From an uncultured Pseudomonadales bacterium (GTDB lineage: Bacteria; Patescibacteriota; Microgenomatia; UBA1400; PJMF01): a stretch of DNA of 59,516 bases. Positions 9,017 to 19,110 of the stretch are shown piece after piece. A program made the position numbers and the translations under genes. Location: contig CAZYRN010000004.1 in the NCBI GenBank assembly GCA_964650185.1, forward strand, positions 2,553-62,068. Reading direction: 5' to 3'. Position 1 is the first letter of the stretch. Each line of letters starts with the position of its first letter. The notes under the pieces were generated by a model. It was not told the origin of the DNA. It made no database searches and worked only from the letters and a program-made list of their open reading frames with translations.

Positions 9017-9976
9017 ATGCCTGCCCAGCATCGATCAAAATCAAAAAAAATTCGCTCGACACGGCTGATTTCTTATTTTTTTCTCATTATCACCACCATT
9101 ACTTGGGGTGCAGCCCTCATCATTATTAAGCCAGCCCTGGACGTAACTACTCCTTTTAGATTTCTTTTCTATCGATACTTTTTGGCAGTTATTCTCTCAC
9201 TGCCGTTGTTAATTTATTTTTGGCCCAAAATTAAGCAAAAGAGGCCTGTGCTCAAAAAAATTGCTGGACTCGAGCTACTTGGCACCACTGCTGCTTTATC
9301 TCTTCTCTACTATGGTCTTGATCAAACTAGTGCTATAGAAGCTAGCTTAATTACCACTTCTTCCCCTATCTTCATCTCATTACTGGGCGTGCTGCTGCTG
9401 AAAGAAAAAGTTGAAAAACGCGAACTCTGGGGTTTTCTAATCACTCTGTTAGGTGCTGTTGTCTTGACATTAATGCCTATTTTTCATGGTACTACCCAGC
9501 TCAACGGCATCTCTTTAACCGGCAACTTACTAATCTTGGCTCAGAACCTAGCCATCGGTCTTTATTACGTCTTGGCAAAAATCCATTACCGCCAACTACC
9601 CAAACTCTTTGTCACTACTATCAGCTTTTACATTGGTCTCAGCTCATTTTTTATGCTTAGCCTGGGAGAAGCTGGCTGGTCACTCCCTGCTCTATTTAGC
9701 CAAATTACCGCCGACTTTCAAGCTCCAGTAGTTTGGCTGGCCAGCGGCTACATGGCTTTATTTGGCTCCATTATTGGTTTAACTGCTTATATTAAAGGTC
9801 AAGACGGCATTGAAGTTTCAGAAGCTGCTTTATTTACTTATCTACAGCCATTAATCTACCTCCCGCTGGGAGTATTATTCTTACAGGAACAATTAGGAGT
9901 AATTCAAATTACCGCCCTGGCAATAATTTTATTTGGAGTGGTGATCTCGGAGAAAAGAGGCCAAAAAAAGCGCTAA
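9017..9976 (+). CDS. DMT/EamA family transporter
   Basis: About 10 TM helices in two repeats; TWG...R and SPIF..LL...LLKEK motifs. Confidence 0.9.
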   Translation: MPAQHRSKSKKIRSTRLISYFFLIITTITWGAALIIIKPALDVTTPFRFLFYRYFLAVILSLPLLIYFWPKIKQKRPVLKKIAGLELLGTTAALSLLYYGLDQTSAIEASLITTSSPIFISLLGVLLLKEKVEKRELWGFLITLLGAVVLTLMPIFHGTTQLNGISLTGNLLILAQNLAIGLYYVLAKIHYRQLPKLFVTTISFYIGLSSFFMLSLGEAGWSLPALFSQITADFQAPVVWLASGYMALFGSIIGLTAYIKGQDGIEVSEAALFTYLQPLIYLPLGVLFLQEQLGVIQITALAIILFGVVISEKRGQKKR

Positions 9977-10020
9977 TTTAGTTAGCTTTCTGAGCTGGCT
10001 ATGCTATAATACCAATCTCT

Positions 10021-10350
10021 ATGAAACAAAAAATACATCCTACCTGGCATAGCGACGCCGTCGTCAAGTGTGCTTGCGGCAATGAGTTCACCACTGGCTC
10101 TACTCAAGAAGTCATTGAAGTGGATATTTGTTCTGCTTGTCATCCCTTCTTTACTGGTGAAATGAAGTTTGTTGATCGACAGGGTCGAGTTGATAAATTC
10201 CAGAAGAAAGTGGCTGCTGCTCAAGCTGCCAAACAGCAAAAAACCGCTAAGAAAAGCAAGAAGTCAGATAAACAGGCCGAGCAAAAATCTTACCGCGAAC
10301 TGCTGAGAGAGCAAAAAGATTCGCTGCGTGAGACTAGCTCAGCCGCTTAG
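10021..10350 (+). CDS. rpmE: 50S ribosomal protein L31 (Zn-binding type) with Lys/Gln-rich C-terminal extension
   Basis: [30 protein letters not shown]. Confidence 0.96.
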   Translation: MKQKIHPTWHSDAVVKCACGNEFTTGSTQEVIEVDICSACHPFFTGEMKFVDRQGRVDKFQKKVAAAQAAKQQKTAKKSKKSDKQAEQKSYRELLREQKDSLRETSSAA

Positions 10351-10365
10351 CTGTTGACGCTGCCT

Positions 10366-11340
10366 ATGTCTAATCCATTTCAAGCTCAAATCGACGAGCT
10401 AAACCGGCAAATTGCAGAGAATGAAATTCTCCTAACTGATCCTGAACTGAAAACTTTAGCGCAAGCTGAAATTGCCAAATTAGCCGAGCAAAAACAAATC
10501 TTAGACGATGCGGCAGCTCAACTTAACTCATCTTCTCAAGCTGAATTGGGTCCTGATGCCCGTCATCATCACGCTATTTTGGAGTTTCGCCAAGGTGCGG
10601 GCGGCGATGAAGCTAAGCTCTGGGCTGAAGAGCTGATGCGGATGTACATCCGTTTTGCTGAACTGCTGAAACTTAAAGTTGAATTTATTGATGAGTCTGT
10701 CATTAAAATTAAAGGCATGGCGAGCTTACCTGATCTGCCCCACCAGCTGACTGCTTACGAACTGCTTCAATATGAATCTGGCGTGCATCGGGTGCAGCGA
10801 GTGCCAGTGACAGAGTCTCAAGGAAGAATTCATACCTCCACAGCCACAGTGGCTGTATTACCTGAAGTTCATCCGGCAGCAGTACAGGTTAATGACGAAG
10901 ATTTAGAGTGGCAGTTTATCCGCTCCAGCGGTGCTGGGGGTCAGTCTGTTAATAAAACCAGCAGCGCAGTTAGATTAACTCACGTTCCATCCGGCATCAT
11001 GGTTTCTGCTCGCCAAGAACGTAAACAGACGCAAAATCGTGAGATTGCTCTAGAACTGCTCCGTTCTCAGCTCTGGGAAATTGAAGAGGAAAAAAGACTC
11101 CAAAAAATTGGTCAGGCTCGGGCGTCAATTGGCCGCGCCCGCCGTTCTGAAAAAATCCGCACCTACAACTTCCCGCAAAGCCGAGTTACCGATCATCGGA
11201 TTAAGGAATCTTGGCATAATCTTGACGAAATTTTACAGGGCAACTTGACTGATGTGGTTAGCCAAACCTACCAGCTGCTCCAGGATGCAGAAAAACAAGC
11301 TGAAAATCAGGCCGAAAAAGAAACTGAAAAAGAGAGCTAA
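10366..11340 (+). CDS. prfA: Peptide chain release factor 1
   Basis: ESGVHRVQRVPVTE (PxT anticodon), GAGGQ, SEKIRTYNFPQ. Confidence 0.95.
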   Translation: MSNPFQAQIDELNRQIAENEILLTDPELKTLAQAEIAKLAEQKQILDDAAAQLNSSSQAELGPDARHHHAILEFRQGAGGDEAKLWAEELMRMYIRFAELLKLKVEFIDESVIKIKGMASLPDLPHQLTAYELLQYESGVHRVQRVPVTESQGRIHTSTATVAVLPEVHPAAVQVNDEDLEWQFIRSSGAGGQSVNKTSSAVRLTHVPSGIMVSARQERKQTQNREIALELLRSQLWEIEEEKRLQKIGQARASIGRARRSEKIRTYNFPQSRVTDHRIKESWHNLDEILQGNLTDVVSQTYQLLQDAEKQAENQAEKETEKES

Positions 11341-11361
11341 GCCTTCCTTTGATTTTAGGCT

Positions 11362-12534
11362 TTACTGACTGCGCAGCGTTACATCAACGGAAAAATTTTC
11401 ACCTTCACGCCAGTAATCTATTCTAACTCGCTGATTTATGCTTTTACGGTTAATGATCTCGGCTAAATCAGCCTCACGTAAACTCTCACCATCAATCCGG
11501 GTAATAATATCCCCTTCTCTCAAACCAGCTTCCGCTGCAGTACTGCGCTCAACAATTCGCAGTAGATAAGCTCCCTGCGGGACTTCATTGGTTAAAGCTG
11601 CTTGAGCTGAAATATTTTGATAGGACACGCCTAAAAATGGCCGGTCAAAACTGCCGGTAGCAGTAAAGTTATCAATAGAGGCCTTCACTAAATTAATCGG
11701 CAAAGCAAAACCAATATTTTCAGCCCCAGCCGAAACAGCCACATTGACACCGATCACTTTGCCAGACCGATCCAACAGCGGTCCACCGGAATTGCCCGGA
11801 TTAATCGCGGCATCTGTTTGAATTAAATCTTCCAAATTCTCAGACTGATTACCGCTCGGATTGATCGCCTCAATGCCTCGACCCAGACCAGAAATAACTC
11901 CAGTTGTGACGGTATGTCTAAACTCTCCCAGGGCTGTCCCAATGGCAATCACCTCTTCCCCCACCCGTAGCTGATCAGAATCTCCCAGCGGCAGTGACGA
12001 CACATTTAAGCCATCTGCTCTGATGATAGCTAAATCATTCGAGGGATCACGATAAATCTGAGTCACCGGATACTCATTGCCTTCACGATCAATGACAGAA
12101 TAATCAGATTCAGCATCGCCCACCACATGTTTGTTGGTGACGACTAAATTTTCTTCACCAACTACAAAACCAGTCCCAATATCTCGCTGGACTTGTTCGG
12201 TTCTAGTACTGGGCAAACCAAATATCCCAAATGGGTCAAAACGCTCTATCACTTGCTGCTCTTGTCTGATTGACACCGTCACCACCGACTCAGCCGCAAT
12301 TTCAGTAATATCAGCCACTGAAGCTTGTTCTGCCATGATGGTACCTAGTTGAGAATTATCAGCGTTGCTCAATTGATTACGAACTGCTGGCAGCCTGATT
12401 TTGCCAGTAATTACATCCAGTGGCTGAATTACAAACAACCGGTCAGCAATTGCTCCGGCAAAAAATGAAACTAAGATCAAAACGGAAACGGATAAACCTA
12501 ATAAGAAAGTTTTATGCTGATTGTTGAATTTCAT
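11362..12534 (-). CDS. HtrA/DegP-like trypsin serine protease with PDZ domain
   Basis: N-terminal TM; GTGF, TNKHVV (His), NDLA (Asp), TDAAINPGNSGGPL (Ser); one PDZ domain. Confidence 0.95.
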   Translation of the reverse strand: MKFNNQHKTFLLGLSVSVLILVSFFAGAIADRLFVIQPLDVITGKIRLPAVRNQLSNADNSQLGTIMAEQASVADITEIAAESVVTVSIRQEQQVIERFDPFGIFGLPSTRTEQVQRDIGTGFVVGEENLVVTNKHVVGDAESDYSVIDREGNEYPVTQIYRDPSNDLAIIRADGLNVSSLPLGDSDQLRVGEEVIAIGTALGEFRHTVTTGVISGLGRGIEAINPSGNQSENLEDLIQTDAAINPGNSGGPLLDRSGKVIGVNVAVSAGAENIGFALPINLVKASIDNFTATGSFDRPFLGVSYQNISAQAALTNEVPQGAYLLRIVERSTAAEAGLREGDIITRIDGESLREADLAEIINRKSINQRVRIDYWREGENFSVDVTLRSQ

Positions 12535-12581
12535 CGTACAGATAAGCTTATCAAATAATTAGCACTCAGACAATAACTGTG

Positions 12582-13841
12582 CTAAATCTCTTCAATAGCT
12601 CGCAATAGCACCTCATCTTCTTCAGTGTCAGGGTTGTCTTCTACCTCAATGGCCACTGGAATGCCTTCATCATGAATCCAGTCGCCTTTTGGCAGCAACC
12701 AGCGAGCAATGGTCACATGCAATCCGCCGCCATTGGATAACTCACGCCGATCCTGAACTGTCCCTTTGCCAAAAGTCTGCTCGCCAATTAACTTAGCATC
12801 AAGTTGATCTCTTAGCGCTCCAGCCACAATTTCTGAAGCGGAAGCACTGCCTTTATTCACTAATACCTCAACTGGGAAATTGGTCAACCTCGCTCGACCC
12901 TGTGCTTTATAATCCTGCTGCGTGATCTTGCCTTTTTGTGAGACCACCACTCCGCCATCGATAAACTCACTGGCAACATCAATCGCCCCATCAAAGAAAC
13001 CACCCGGATTATTTCTCAGATCTAAGACAATGCCATCTAAATCTGCTCCATTAACTAAAATTTCCTTAACTGCTTGATCATACTCAGTTGGTGTCCGCTC
13101 TCCAAAGCTTGAGACCGTTAAGTGAGCTACTTTCTTACCAGCATGCTCAACAAACTTTAGCTCCACCGACTCCACCACGATCTCACCCCGCTGGACATCA
13201 ACATCAAAGGGTTCTTGATAATTGCCATCGCCATTTTTGCGGGCAATGGTAAAGGTGACAGTGGTGTTTTTCGGACCGCGGATCTTCTCCACCGCCTCAG
13301 TCAGAGACCAGTCAGTAGTATCTTCATCTAGATCCTTCATCTCATCGCGCACATGGATAATTAAATCACTGGCCTGAATACCAGCTGCTTCCGCCGGCGT
13401 CCCTTTCAATGGAGCGACAACAGCTAAAGTATTGTCGATGTAACCCAGCTCGATCCCGACGCCAAAAAATGAGCCGGCTAAATCTTCTGCTCGCCGTTGA
13501 TTTTCTTCAGGGGGCAAATAAGCCGTGTAAGGATCACCGACCGCAGCTGTCATCCCTTGAATAGCGCCGTTGACCATCGCTTTTGCATCCAGCTGCTCTT
13601 GATTTAGGTAGGTTTGATCAAGATAATTCCACACTTCCCAGAAAACTGAAAAGTCGACACTATCCTGCTTTGCTTCAGGCAGCTCAGTGTTAACAATGCT
13701 GGACAGTGGGATGTTGGCTGGTGTACCGCCTTGTATGCCGTAGCGGTAACCCACTACTCCACCCAAGGCTAATAACAGAATTCCCAGTACCAGATTTCTG
13801 ACTGCTGCCATTGATAGCTTGATTTTTGCCCTGTTTACCAT
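12582..13841 (-). CDS. S41 family carboxyl-terminal protease (CtpA)
   Basis: GDPYT, GVGIE, PDZ domain, DLRNNPGG, SASASEI, GKGTVQ. Confidence 0.95.
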   Translation of the reverse strand: MVNRAKIKLSMAAVRNLVLGILLLALGGVVGYRYGIQGGTPANIPLSSIVNTELPEAKQDSVDFSVFWEVWNYLDQTYLNQEQLDAKAMVNGAIQGMTAAVGDPYTAYLPPEENQRRAEDLAGSFFGVGIELGYIDNTLAVVAPLKGTPAEAAGIQASDLIIHVRDEMKDLDEDTTDWSLTEAVEKIRGPKNTTVTFTIARKNGDGNYQEPFDVDVQRGEIVVESVELKFVEHAGKKVAHLTVSSFGERTPTEYDQAVKEILVNGADLDGIVLDLRNNPGGFFDGAIDVASEFIDGGVVVSQKGKITQQDYKAQGRARLTNFPVEVLVNKGSASASEIVAGALRDQLDAKLIGEQTFGKGTVQDRRELSNGGGLHVTIARWLLPKGDWIHDEGIPVAIEVEDNPDTEEDEVLLRAIEEI

Positions 13842-13861
13842 AGAGAGCTATTGTAACTCAG

Positions 13862-14053
13862 TTAGAGGGTTTGGGTAAACGGCAACAATGCCAGGTGTCT
13901 AGCCCTTTTCACCGCTTTGCCCAACTGCCGCTGCTGTTTTTGAGAAAGGCCAGTTTTTTCGCGGGGAATTAAATAGCCTTGTTCAGTCACATAGCGACCC
14001 AGAGTTTTGACACTCTTATAGGTAAAAGTTCTTAAGTCTTTCGTTTTTGCCAT
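13862..14053 (-). CDS. rpsR: 30S ribosomal protein S18
   Basis: YK....L..YVTE.G...PR.KTG....QQR.L..AVKRAR.LALLPF. Confidence 0.95.
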   Translation of the reverse strand: MAKTKDLRTFTYKSVKTLGRYVTEQGYLIPREKTGLSQKQQRQLGKAVKRARHLALLPFTQTL

Positions 14054-14075
14054 AATTTTTCCTTTTGTTATTTAT

Positions 14076-14525
14076 TTAGAAGGGAATGTCATCAGCGACA
14101 TCCTCCACATCTGCTATATCATCTAGAGGTGCTTCTTCATCAGCCGCAGCTTCTGGTACTTCTTCCTCGTTGTAACTACTACCGCTGGAAGAACGCAACA
14201 AGATCATATTATCAATCACGACTTCAGTGGTGCGACGACTTTGATCATCATCGGTCTTCCACTCTCGAGTTTGCAATCTGCCTTCAACATAAACCTTGTC
14301 GCCTTTGTGCAGCAGTTCGCCACAAATTTCAGCTAACTTAGCCCAAGCCACAATATTGTGAAACTCGGTTCGCTCTTGCTTATCTCCACCGTTGGGCGCA
14401 CTCCAACTGCGATTGGTCGCAATTCCAAAAGAACAGACTGCAGTTCCCTTGGGGGTAAACCTCAAGTTGGGATCCCGGGTAAGGTTCCCGATTAACATAA
14501 CTTTATTGAGTGATCTAACTGACAT
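14076..14525 (-). CDS. ssb: Single-stranded DNA-binding protein
   Basis: LNKVMLIGNLTRDP, TEFHNIVAW, VYVEGRLQTR; C-terminal DDIPF. Confidence 0.97.
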   Translation of the reverse strand: MSVRSLNKVMLIGNLTRDPNLRFTPKGTAVCSFGIATNRSWSAPNGGDKQERTEFHNIVAWAKLAEICGELLHKGDKVYVEGRLQTREWKTDDDQSRRTTEVVIDNMILLRSSSGSSYNEEEVPEAAADEEAPLDDIADVEDVADDIPF

Positions 14526-14601
14526 TATTCATTTCCTTTCTGTGATCACTAGTTACTAAGATTCATTCAAATATAACGTGTTCTTATTACACCAACTGTA
14601 G

Positions 14602-15012
14602 TCAGTTCTGATCTCCTGATTCGGCTGGACTATCAGCGCCCACTTCACCCAATGAGTTTTCGCTCGGAGTAATTTCAGCCGCTTCTTCATATTCACTGCT
14701 TACCAGCAAGTGACGCATCACCAACTCGCTCATCTTCAGTTCTTTTTCAAAAGCCTGAACTTGATCTGGTAAAAAGCTGATAATTAAGAAGGTGTAAACA
14801 GCTTCAGCCTGCTTTTGGCCAGCATGACGAATCCGGTAAGCCAGCTTGCGCTTGGACCAGTCTTCCTCATGAACAACCTGACCTTGGTGCTTCTTAATTA
14901 ATGCCACCACCGCCTCTTTAGCCTTGCTCAGCTCAGAGTCAGTTAAATTAGTGGGAAGAAGATAAGTCAGCTCATATAATCGAGGCTCCTTATCAGCAAT
15001 GATTTCAATCAT
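14602..15012 (-). CDS. rpsF: 30S ribosomal protein S6
   Basis: YELTYLL, W..RKLAYRI, VMRHLLV; canonical rpsF-ssb-rpsR order; SD GAAAGGA. Confidence 0.94.
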   Translation of the reverse strand: MIEIIADKEPRLYELTYLLPTNLTDSELSKAKEAVVALIKKHQGQVVHEEDWSKRKLAYRIRHAGQKQAEAVYTFLIISFLPDQVQAFEKELKMSELVMRHLLVSSEYEEAAEITPSENSLGEVGADSPAESGDQN

Positions 15013-15082
15013 TTACATCCTTTCTTGATGTGCCCTAAAAGGCTTGGTCTCTAATATTGAGGGGCACACTACTTATATTATA
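15013..15082 (-). promoter_or_regulatory. rpsF promoter (-10 TATAAT) and probable S6:S18 autoregulatory leader
   Basis: TATAAT at 15077-15082. Stem TGTGCCC/GGGCACA (15062-15068 with 15029-15035) encloses a CTC-7nt-GAG hairpin and an unpaired CCA, next to the SD. This resembles the CCR-containing S6:S18 leaders. Confidence 0.55.
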
Positions 15083-15094
15083 CAGTAAAAATCC

Positions 15095-16177
15095 TTATGC
15101 ACCAACTTTAAACTCCACTACATCGTCGGGCTGCATCACGTAATCTCTACCTTCCAGCCGCATTTTGCCAGCTTCCCTCACCCCTTTCCAGCCGCCAAAT
15201 TCAATAAAATCAGCGTAGCTGGCGAGCTGGGCTTTAATAAATTTTTTCTCAAAATCGGAATGAATCACTCCAGCTGCCTCCGGAGCAGTCGTTCCTTGAT
15301 GAATTGTCCAGGCCCTGACCTCTTTTTCGCCAGCAGTTAAAAAGCTTTGCAGTTTCAATAGCTGGTAGGCTTTGGCAATTAATCTTTCTAAACCGCTTTG
15401 CTCTACTCCCAAATCAGCTAAGTATAGTTGCTGATCTTCATCACCCAAACTGCTCAGCTCACTTTCAATCTGCGCGCTGATAACCACCACATCCTGCAAA
15501 CTAACTCCCAGTTCTCCACTCCACACCCCTGCAATTGGCTTGTGCTCCTTCAATCTGTGTTCATCAACATTAATCACATATAAAATTTTCTTAGCGGTCA
15601 GCAGATTCAGTTCCTTAGCTAGCTGCTGATCAGCTTCATCTGCCAAGATATTTATGATCAGCGTGCCAGCTTGAGCAGCCTCTAAAAACCGCTCTACCCT
15701 ACTCCAACGCTCGAGAAGTTCCTTTTCTTTAGTAGCTTTGGGTGGTTTTTGCTTAGCTAAAGTGTCCAGATCAGCCAACAATAACTCGGTCTCAATAATT
15801 TCGCGGTCAGTTTTCACATCCACGCTGCCTTCGCGCAGCACATTTTCATCAGCGAAGTCCCGCAGCACATGACACACCAGACTTACTTCGCGAATGTTAG
15901 CTAAAAACTTGTTACCCAATCCCTCACCCTCATGCGCGCCTTTAACTAAACCGGCAATATCCACAAACTCAACCGTAGCTGGCTTAATGGTGTTAGTGTG
16001 AACAACTTCAGCCAGTTTAGCCAGTCTGACATCAGGCACTGGCACCACACCAACATTGGGCTCAATCGTGGCAAAGGGATAATTGGCCGCTAAAGCCGCC
16101 TGCTGTTTGAGTAAGGCATTAAATAAAGTTGACTTGCCGACATTAGGCAAACCAACGATACCGATAGATAAAGACAT
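15095..16177 (-). CDS. ychF: Redox-regulated ATPase YchF
   Basis: [45 protein letters not shown]. Confidence 0.97.
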   Translation of the reverse strand: MSLSIGIVGLPNVGKSTLFNALLKQQAALAANYPFATIEPNVGVVPVPDVRLAKLAEVVHTNTIKPATVEFVDIAGLVKGAHEGEGLGNKFLANIREVSLVCHVLRDFADENVLREGSVDVKTDREIIETELLLADLDTLAKQKPPKATKEKELLERWSRVERFLEAAQAGTLIINILADEADQQLAKELNLLTAKKILYVINVDEHRLKEHKPIAGVWSGELGVSLQDVVVISAQIESELSSLGDEDQQLYLADLGVEQSGLERLIAKAYQLLKLQSFLTAGEKEVRAWTIHQGTTAPEAAGVIHSDFEKKFIKAQLASYADFIEFGGWKGVREAGKMRLEGRDYVMQPDDVVEFKVGA

Positions 16178-16385
16178 GATCTAGATTCTACCACCCCACC
16201 GCCAAGAGACCAACGCAAAAGCACTGTTTAGCTTAAGCCGGGAAATTCCTTCTGGTTTATGACCGGCAACAACAAAAACTAGCATGGCTAAATTTTTTCT
16301 AAGGTAGCTTTCCTTCTTTGCTGTGTTTCTGACCATGAGTACCGTGGGTTATAATTGAGTAAGAAATTACGAACATCACAGTATC

Positions 16386-16610
16386 ATGTCAAAACGTCTC
16401 ACCGTCATTGCCCACCCCAATTCGAAACAGTCGCGGGTGATCCAAGACGAAGCTGGCCACTGGCATTTTTATCTCCAGCAAAAAGCCATAGGGGGACAAG
16501 CCAATCAGGCTTTAATTGAGGCAGTTGCTGATCACTTTCACCTTAAGAAAAATCAAGTGCAGCTGATTTCGGGGCACAAATCAAAGCAAAAAGTGCTGTC
16601 AATTGAGTAA
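16386..16610 (+). CDS. DUF167/YggU family protein
   Basis: V.AHPNSK...A..GQANQALIEAVA.HF......V.LISG.KSK.K pattern. Confidence 0.85.
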   Translation: MSKRLTVIAHPNSKQSRVIQDEAGHWHFYLQQKAIGGQANQALIEAVADHFHLKKNQVQLISGHKSKQKVLSIE

Positions 16611-16624
16611 CTAGGTTTGCTAAT

Positions 16625-16819
16625 TTACTCTTTGTCTGGAATCACCAGCCAAAGCACTAAATATGGAAGAAGTCCGGGCAGTCCACCAGGCAGTAGCAGC
16701 AGTAAAAAAATGGCTCTGACTGCAATTACATCAACTGACAGATACTCCGCAATGCCGAGACATACTCCGGCAATTTTTCTGCCTTTGACTGGCCGTCGTA
16801 ATTTTTTAATTGATGACAT
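16625..16819 (-). CDS. PspC domain protein
   Basis: KLRR....RKIAGVC.GIAEYL.VD...VR......LL...GL..YLVLWLVIP. Confidence 0.92.
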   Translation of the reverse strand: MSSIKKLRRPVKGRKIAGVCLGIAEYLSVDVIAVRAIFLLLLLPGGLPGLLPYLVLWLVIPDKE

Positions 16820-16825
16820 ACCAAT

Positions 16826-16854
16826 ATCATACTTTACTCAAGGTTTGTGCTCAA
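16826..16854 (-). promoter_or_regulatory. Sigma70-type promoter for the pspC-like gene
   Basis: TTGAGC (16849-16854), 17-nt spacer, TATGAT (16826-16831), then 6 nt to ATG 16819. Confidence 0.6.
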
Positions 16855-17000
16855 GTCACACCTTTAAAATATAACTTATCGCTCAGTCAAACGATCTCGG
16901 CTATTGACTGTAAGAATGCTTCTCTACTACTCTAAGTAAGAGGAAGTATTTAACCAAGACTTTAATTTGAAGGATCGATATTAATTTTCATCAAAAACTC

Positions 17001-19031
17001 TTGCTCGCTGGTGGTTTTATCGCTAGTTTACTGCTAACTGGTTACTTGTTTTTAGGAACTCCCTTTTCTAAATCGACCACCACCGCTCAAACAGGTCCCC
17101 ATTTCTTGACTGTCGACAGCACTGACCCACACAAATTCAATTATCAAGGTCAGCAAGTAATGCTAAAGGGTGTTAATTTTAATAATTTAAATGCTCTTGG
17201 TCTTTGGCAGGCATCAGATATCGACAAGATTAATGTCGGACCTGGAGATTATGAAAAAGTCTCGCAAATGGGAGCAAATCACGTTCGCTTTGGTCTTAGT
17301 TATCAATGGTATGAACAAGATCCAGTCGAGTTTTTCTCTGTTTTAGACCAGCATGTCCAGTGGGCACGAGATAATAATCTCTGGATAATCTTGGTGGACT
17401 TTACATTGCCTTATCTGGGAGAAAACACAGATGACGGGCTAGCTCATCCGTTAGGTGGATGTTATCAGGGTTATGGTAATCCTTGTAATTTTTGGGGCGA
17501 TGAGCCAAATGAAGAAGCAGCTCGACTGGCTTTTAAAGAATTTTGGTATGACATTGTGTCTCATTATGAAAATAATGACACTGTCGCAGGATATGATTTT
17601 ATCAATGAACCGTGGGCACAGGATGAAAGCTACCAAAAGGGCATCCATTCATCTCGCTATTATGAAGAGATTGTTGATGGAATTGTTGAAAATAATCACA
17701 ACGCCACCCAACTCTTTTTTCTTGAATCTGAACCAGAACCGCTTTCTTGGATTTATTTCCTCGGCTATTCTCCCGGCTCTTCTTTAATTAATAGTTTGAA
17801 ATCTGTCACCAATAACCGGATTGTGATGAGCGTGCACATGTATCGGCCGCAAGCGTTGACTCATTATGAGGAAGTAGTCTATCCCACTCTCGAGAGCGGT
17901 GTGGAGTGGAATCAATCTAGCATGACCGATCCCACTGCCCCAGAGGCTTTTCCTGGTGATGTGGTCAAAACAATCTATACCTCAGGCAGCATTACCGTTA
18001 ACTCAGTCACCTACAATTCTGTCGATGAGTATCTTACTGATTATCCTCATGATATCCGAACTAGGTTTGGCTTAATTTTTAGTCAACAGACGTTAGGTGT
18101 GCCAATCTATATTGGTGAATGGTCAGCACAGCAAACTGAAGACTCTGGAGGAAATGGCTGGTACACCAATACCTTTATTGATTACAATATCGATATTGCT
18201 AATTTATTTGATAGCTGGGAAGTTCATGATGCCGTTTATACATTTAAGGCCGGACCTTATAACTGGGGGCTTTTTATTAGCTCCACCGCCCAACCCGCCG
18301 GTCAATTTAATCCCAGTGTGGCAAGTAATCCAGAAAATCCCACTGAGACAATCCAACCTTTTATTGATGTCTTGACCGCTCGGTGGAATTTAACAGTCAA
18401 ACCTGATTTTACTGAAAGTGGTGGAGAACCAGACCCTACACCAACGCCGACACCTGAGCCATCCCCTGATCCGACTCCGGATCCATCGCCTGAGCCATCC
18501 CCAGATCCCAGCCCTGATCCCAGTCCTGATCCCAGCCCTGATCCCAGTCCCGAGCCATCTCCAGAACCCAGCCCCTCACCAACCCCAATACCAGCGGTGT
18601 TTCCATCGCCTTCTCCCGTCACCAACACCGCTCCTAAGCAAGTGTCTTTCTCTAAAGCTGAAGCCCCCACTTGCCAAGATATTTACCCGGTAGGTATAGT
18701 AGATTTATTCCAGATTGATCGCGAAGGCAGTGCTGCAACACTCTTCTTCACCCCCCTTACCGACGCCAATCAATATAGTGTTGTTTTTGGCTATGAACCG
18801 AATGACGAGCGGTTTGGCGGTATCGATCTAGCTTCAACCGATCTCAACAATGGCGTGCAATCAATTACTGTTAATTATCTTGATCCAACCCAGCAGTACT
18901 CCTTTAAAATACTTCCCACCAATGGTTGTGCTGCCGGGGCTTGGTCTAATTGGTTGAATGCTTCCGGCCAACCGGAAAACTTAACTACCTTGCAAAGATT
19001 TTACCGTTACACTCAAGAACTGCTGAATTAA
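17001..19031 (+). CDS. Secreted glycoside hydrolase family 5 with Pro/Ser/Asp linker and C-terminal Fn3-like domain
   Basis: N-terminal hydrophobic segment; KGVN, HVRF, DFINEP (acid/base), HMY, YIGEW (nucleophile); PSPD repeats; terminal beta domain ending GCAAGAWSNW. Start codon (TTG) uncertain. Confidence 0.88.
   Translation: MLAGGFIASLLLTGYLFLGTPFSKSTTTAQTGPHFLTVDSTDPHKFNYQGQQVMLKGVNFNNLNALGLWQASDIDKINVGPGDYEKVSQMGANHVRFGLSYQWYEQDPVEFFSVLDQHVQWARDNNLWIILVDFTLPYLGENTDDGLAHPLGGCYQGYGNPCNFWGDEPNEEAARLAFKEFWYDIVSHYENNDTVAGYDFINEPWAQDESYQKGIHSSRYYEEIVDGIVENNHNATQLFFLESEPEPLSWIYFLGYSPGSSLINSLKSVTNNRIVMSVHMYRPQALTHYEEVVYPTLESGVEWNQSSMTDPTAPEAFPGDVVKTIYTSGSITVNSVTYNSVDEYLTDYPHDIRTRFGLIFSQQTLGVPIYIGEWSAQQTEDSGGNGWYTNTFIDYNIDIANLFDSWEVHDAVYTFKAGPYNWGLFISSTAQPAGQFNPSVASNPENPTETIQPFIDVLTARWNLTVKPDFTESGGEPDPTPTPTPEPSPDPTPDPSPEPSPDPSPDPSPDPSPDPSPEPSPEPSPSPTPIPAVFPSPSPVTNTAPKQVSFSKAEAPTCQDIYPVGIVDLFQIDREGSAATLFFTPLTDANQYSVVFGYEPNDERFGGIDLASTDLNNGVQSITVNYLDPTQQYSFKILPTNGCAAGAWSNWLNASGQPENLTTLQRFYRYTQELLN
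18429..18592 (+). repeat. 12-bp-period coding repeat (P-S/T-P-D/E)n
   Basis: ccatcccctgat ccgactccggat ccatcgcctgag ccatccccagat cccagccctgat cccagtcctgat cccagccctgat cccagtcccgag ... Confidence 0.9.
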
Positions 19032-19110
19032 ACCGCCTTCTCCTAAATTCCTTTCAAAACGTTGATGTGGTTACACTTCGTGCCACCTAGTTAACTTATA
19101 CTGGATCTAA

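Noticed and set aside
16182-16337. 52-codon minus-strand ATG ORF upstream of ychF
   Set aside because: It overlaps the ychF -10 box, has no SD or motif, and is probably chance.
16884-16910. Inverted repeat CAGTCAA-N13-TTGACTG between pspC and the GH5 gene
   Set aside because: One arm is a plausible -35 box (TTGACT) and there is no second copy; too little evidence to call an operator.
18302-18693. Gly/Ser-rich and Pro/Ile-rich ORFs over the GH5 linker, and similar ORFs at 44544-45236
   Set aside because: Shadow frames of low-complexity proline repeats.
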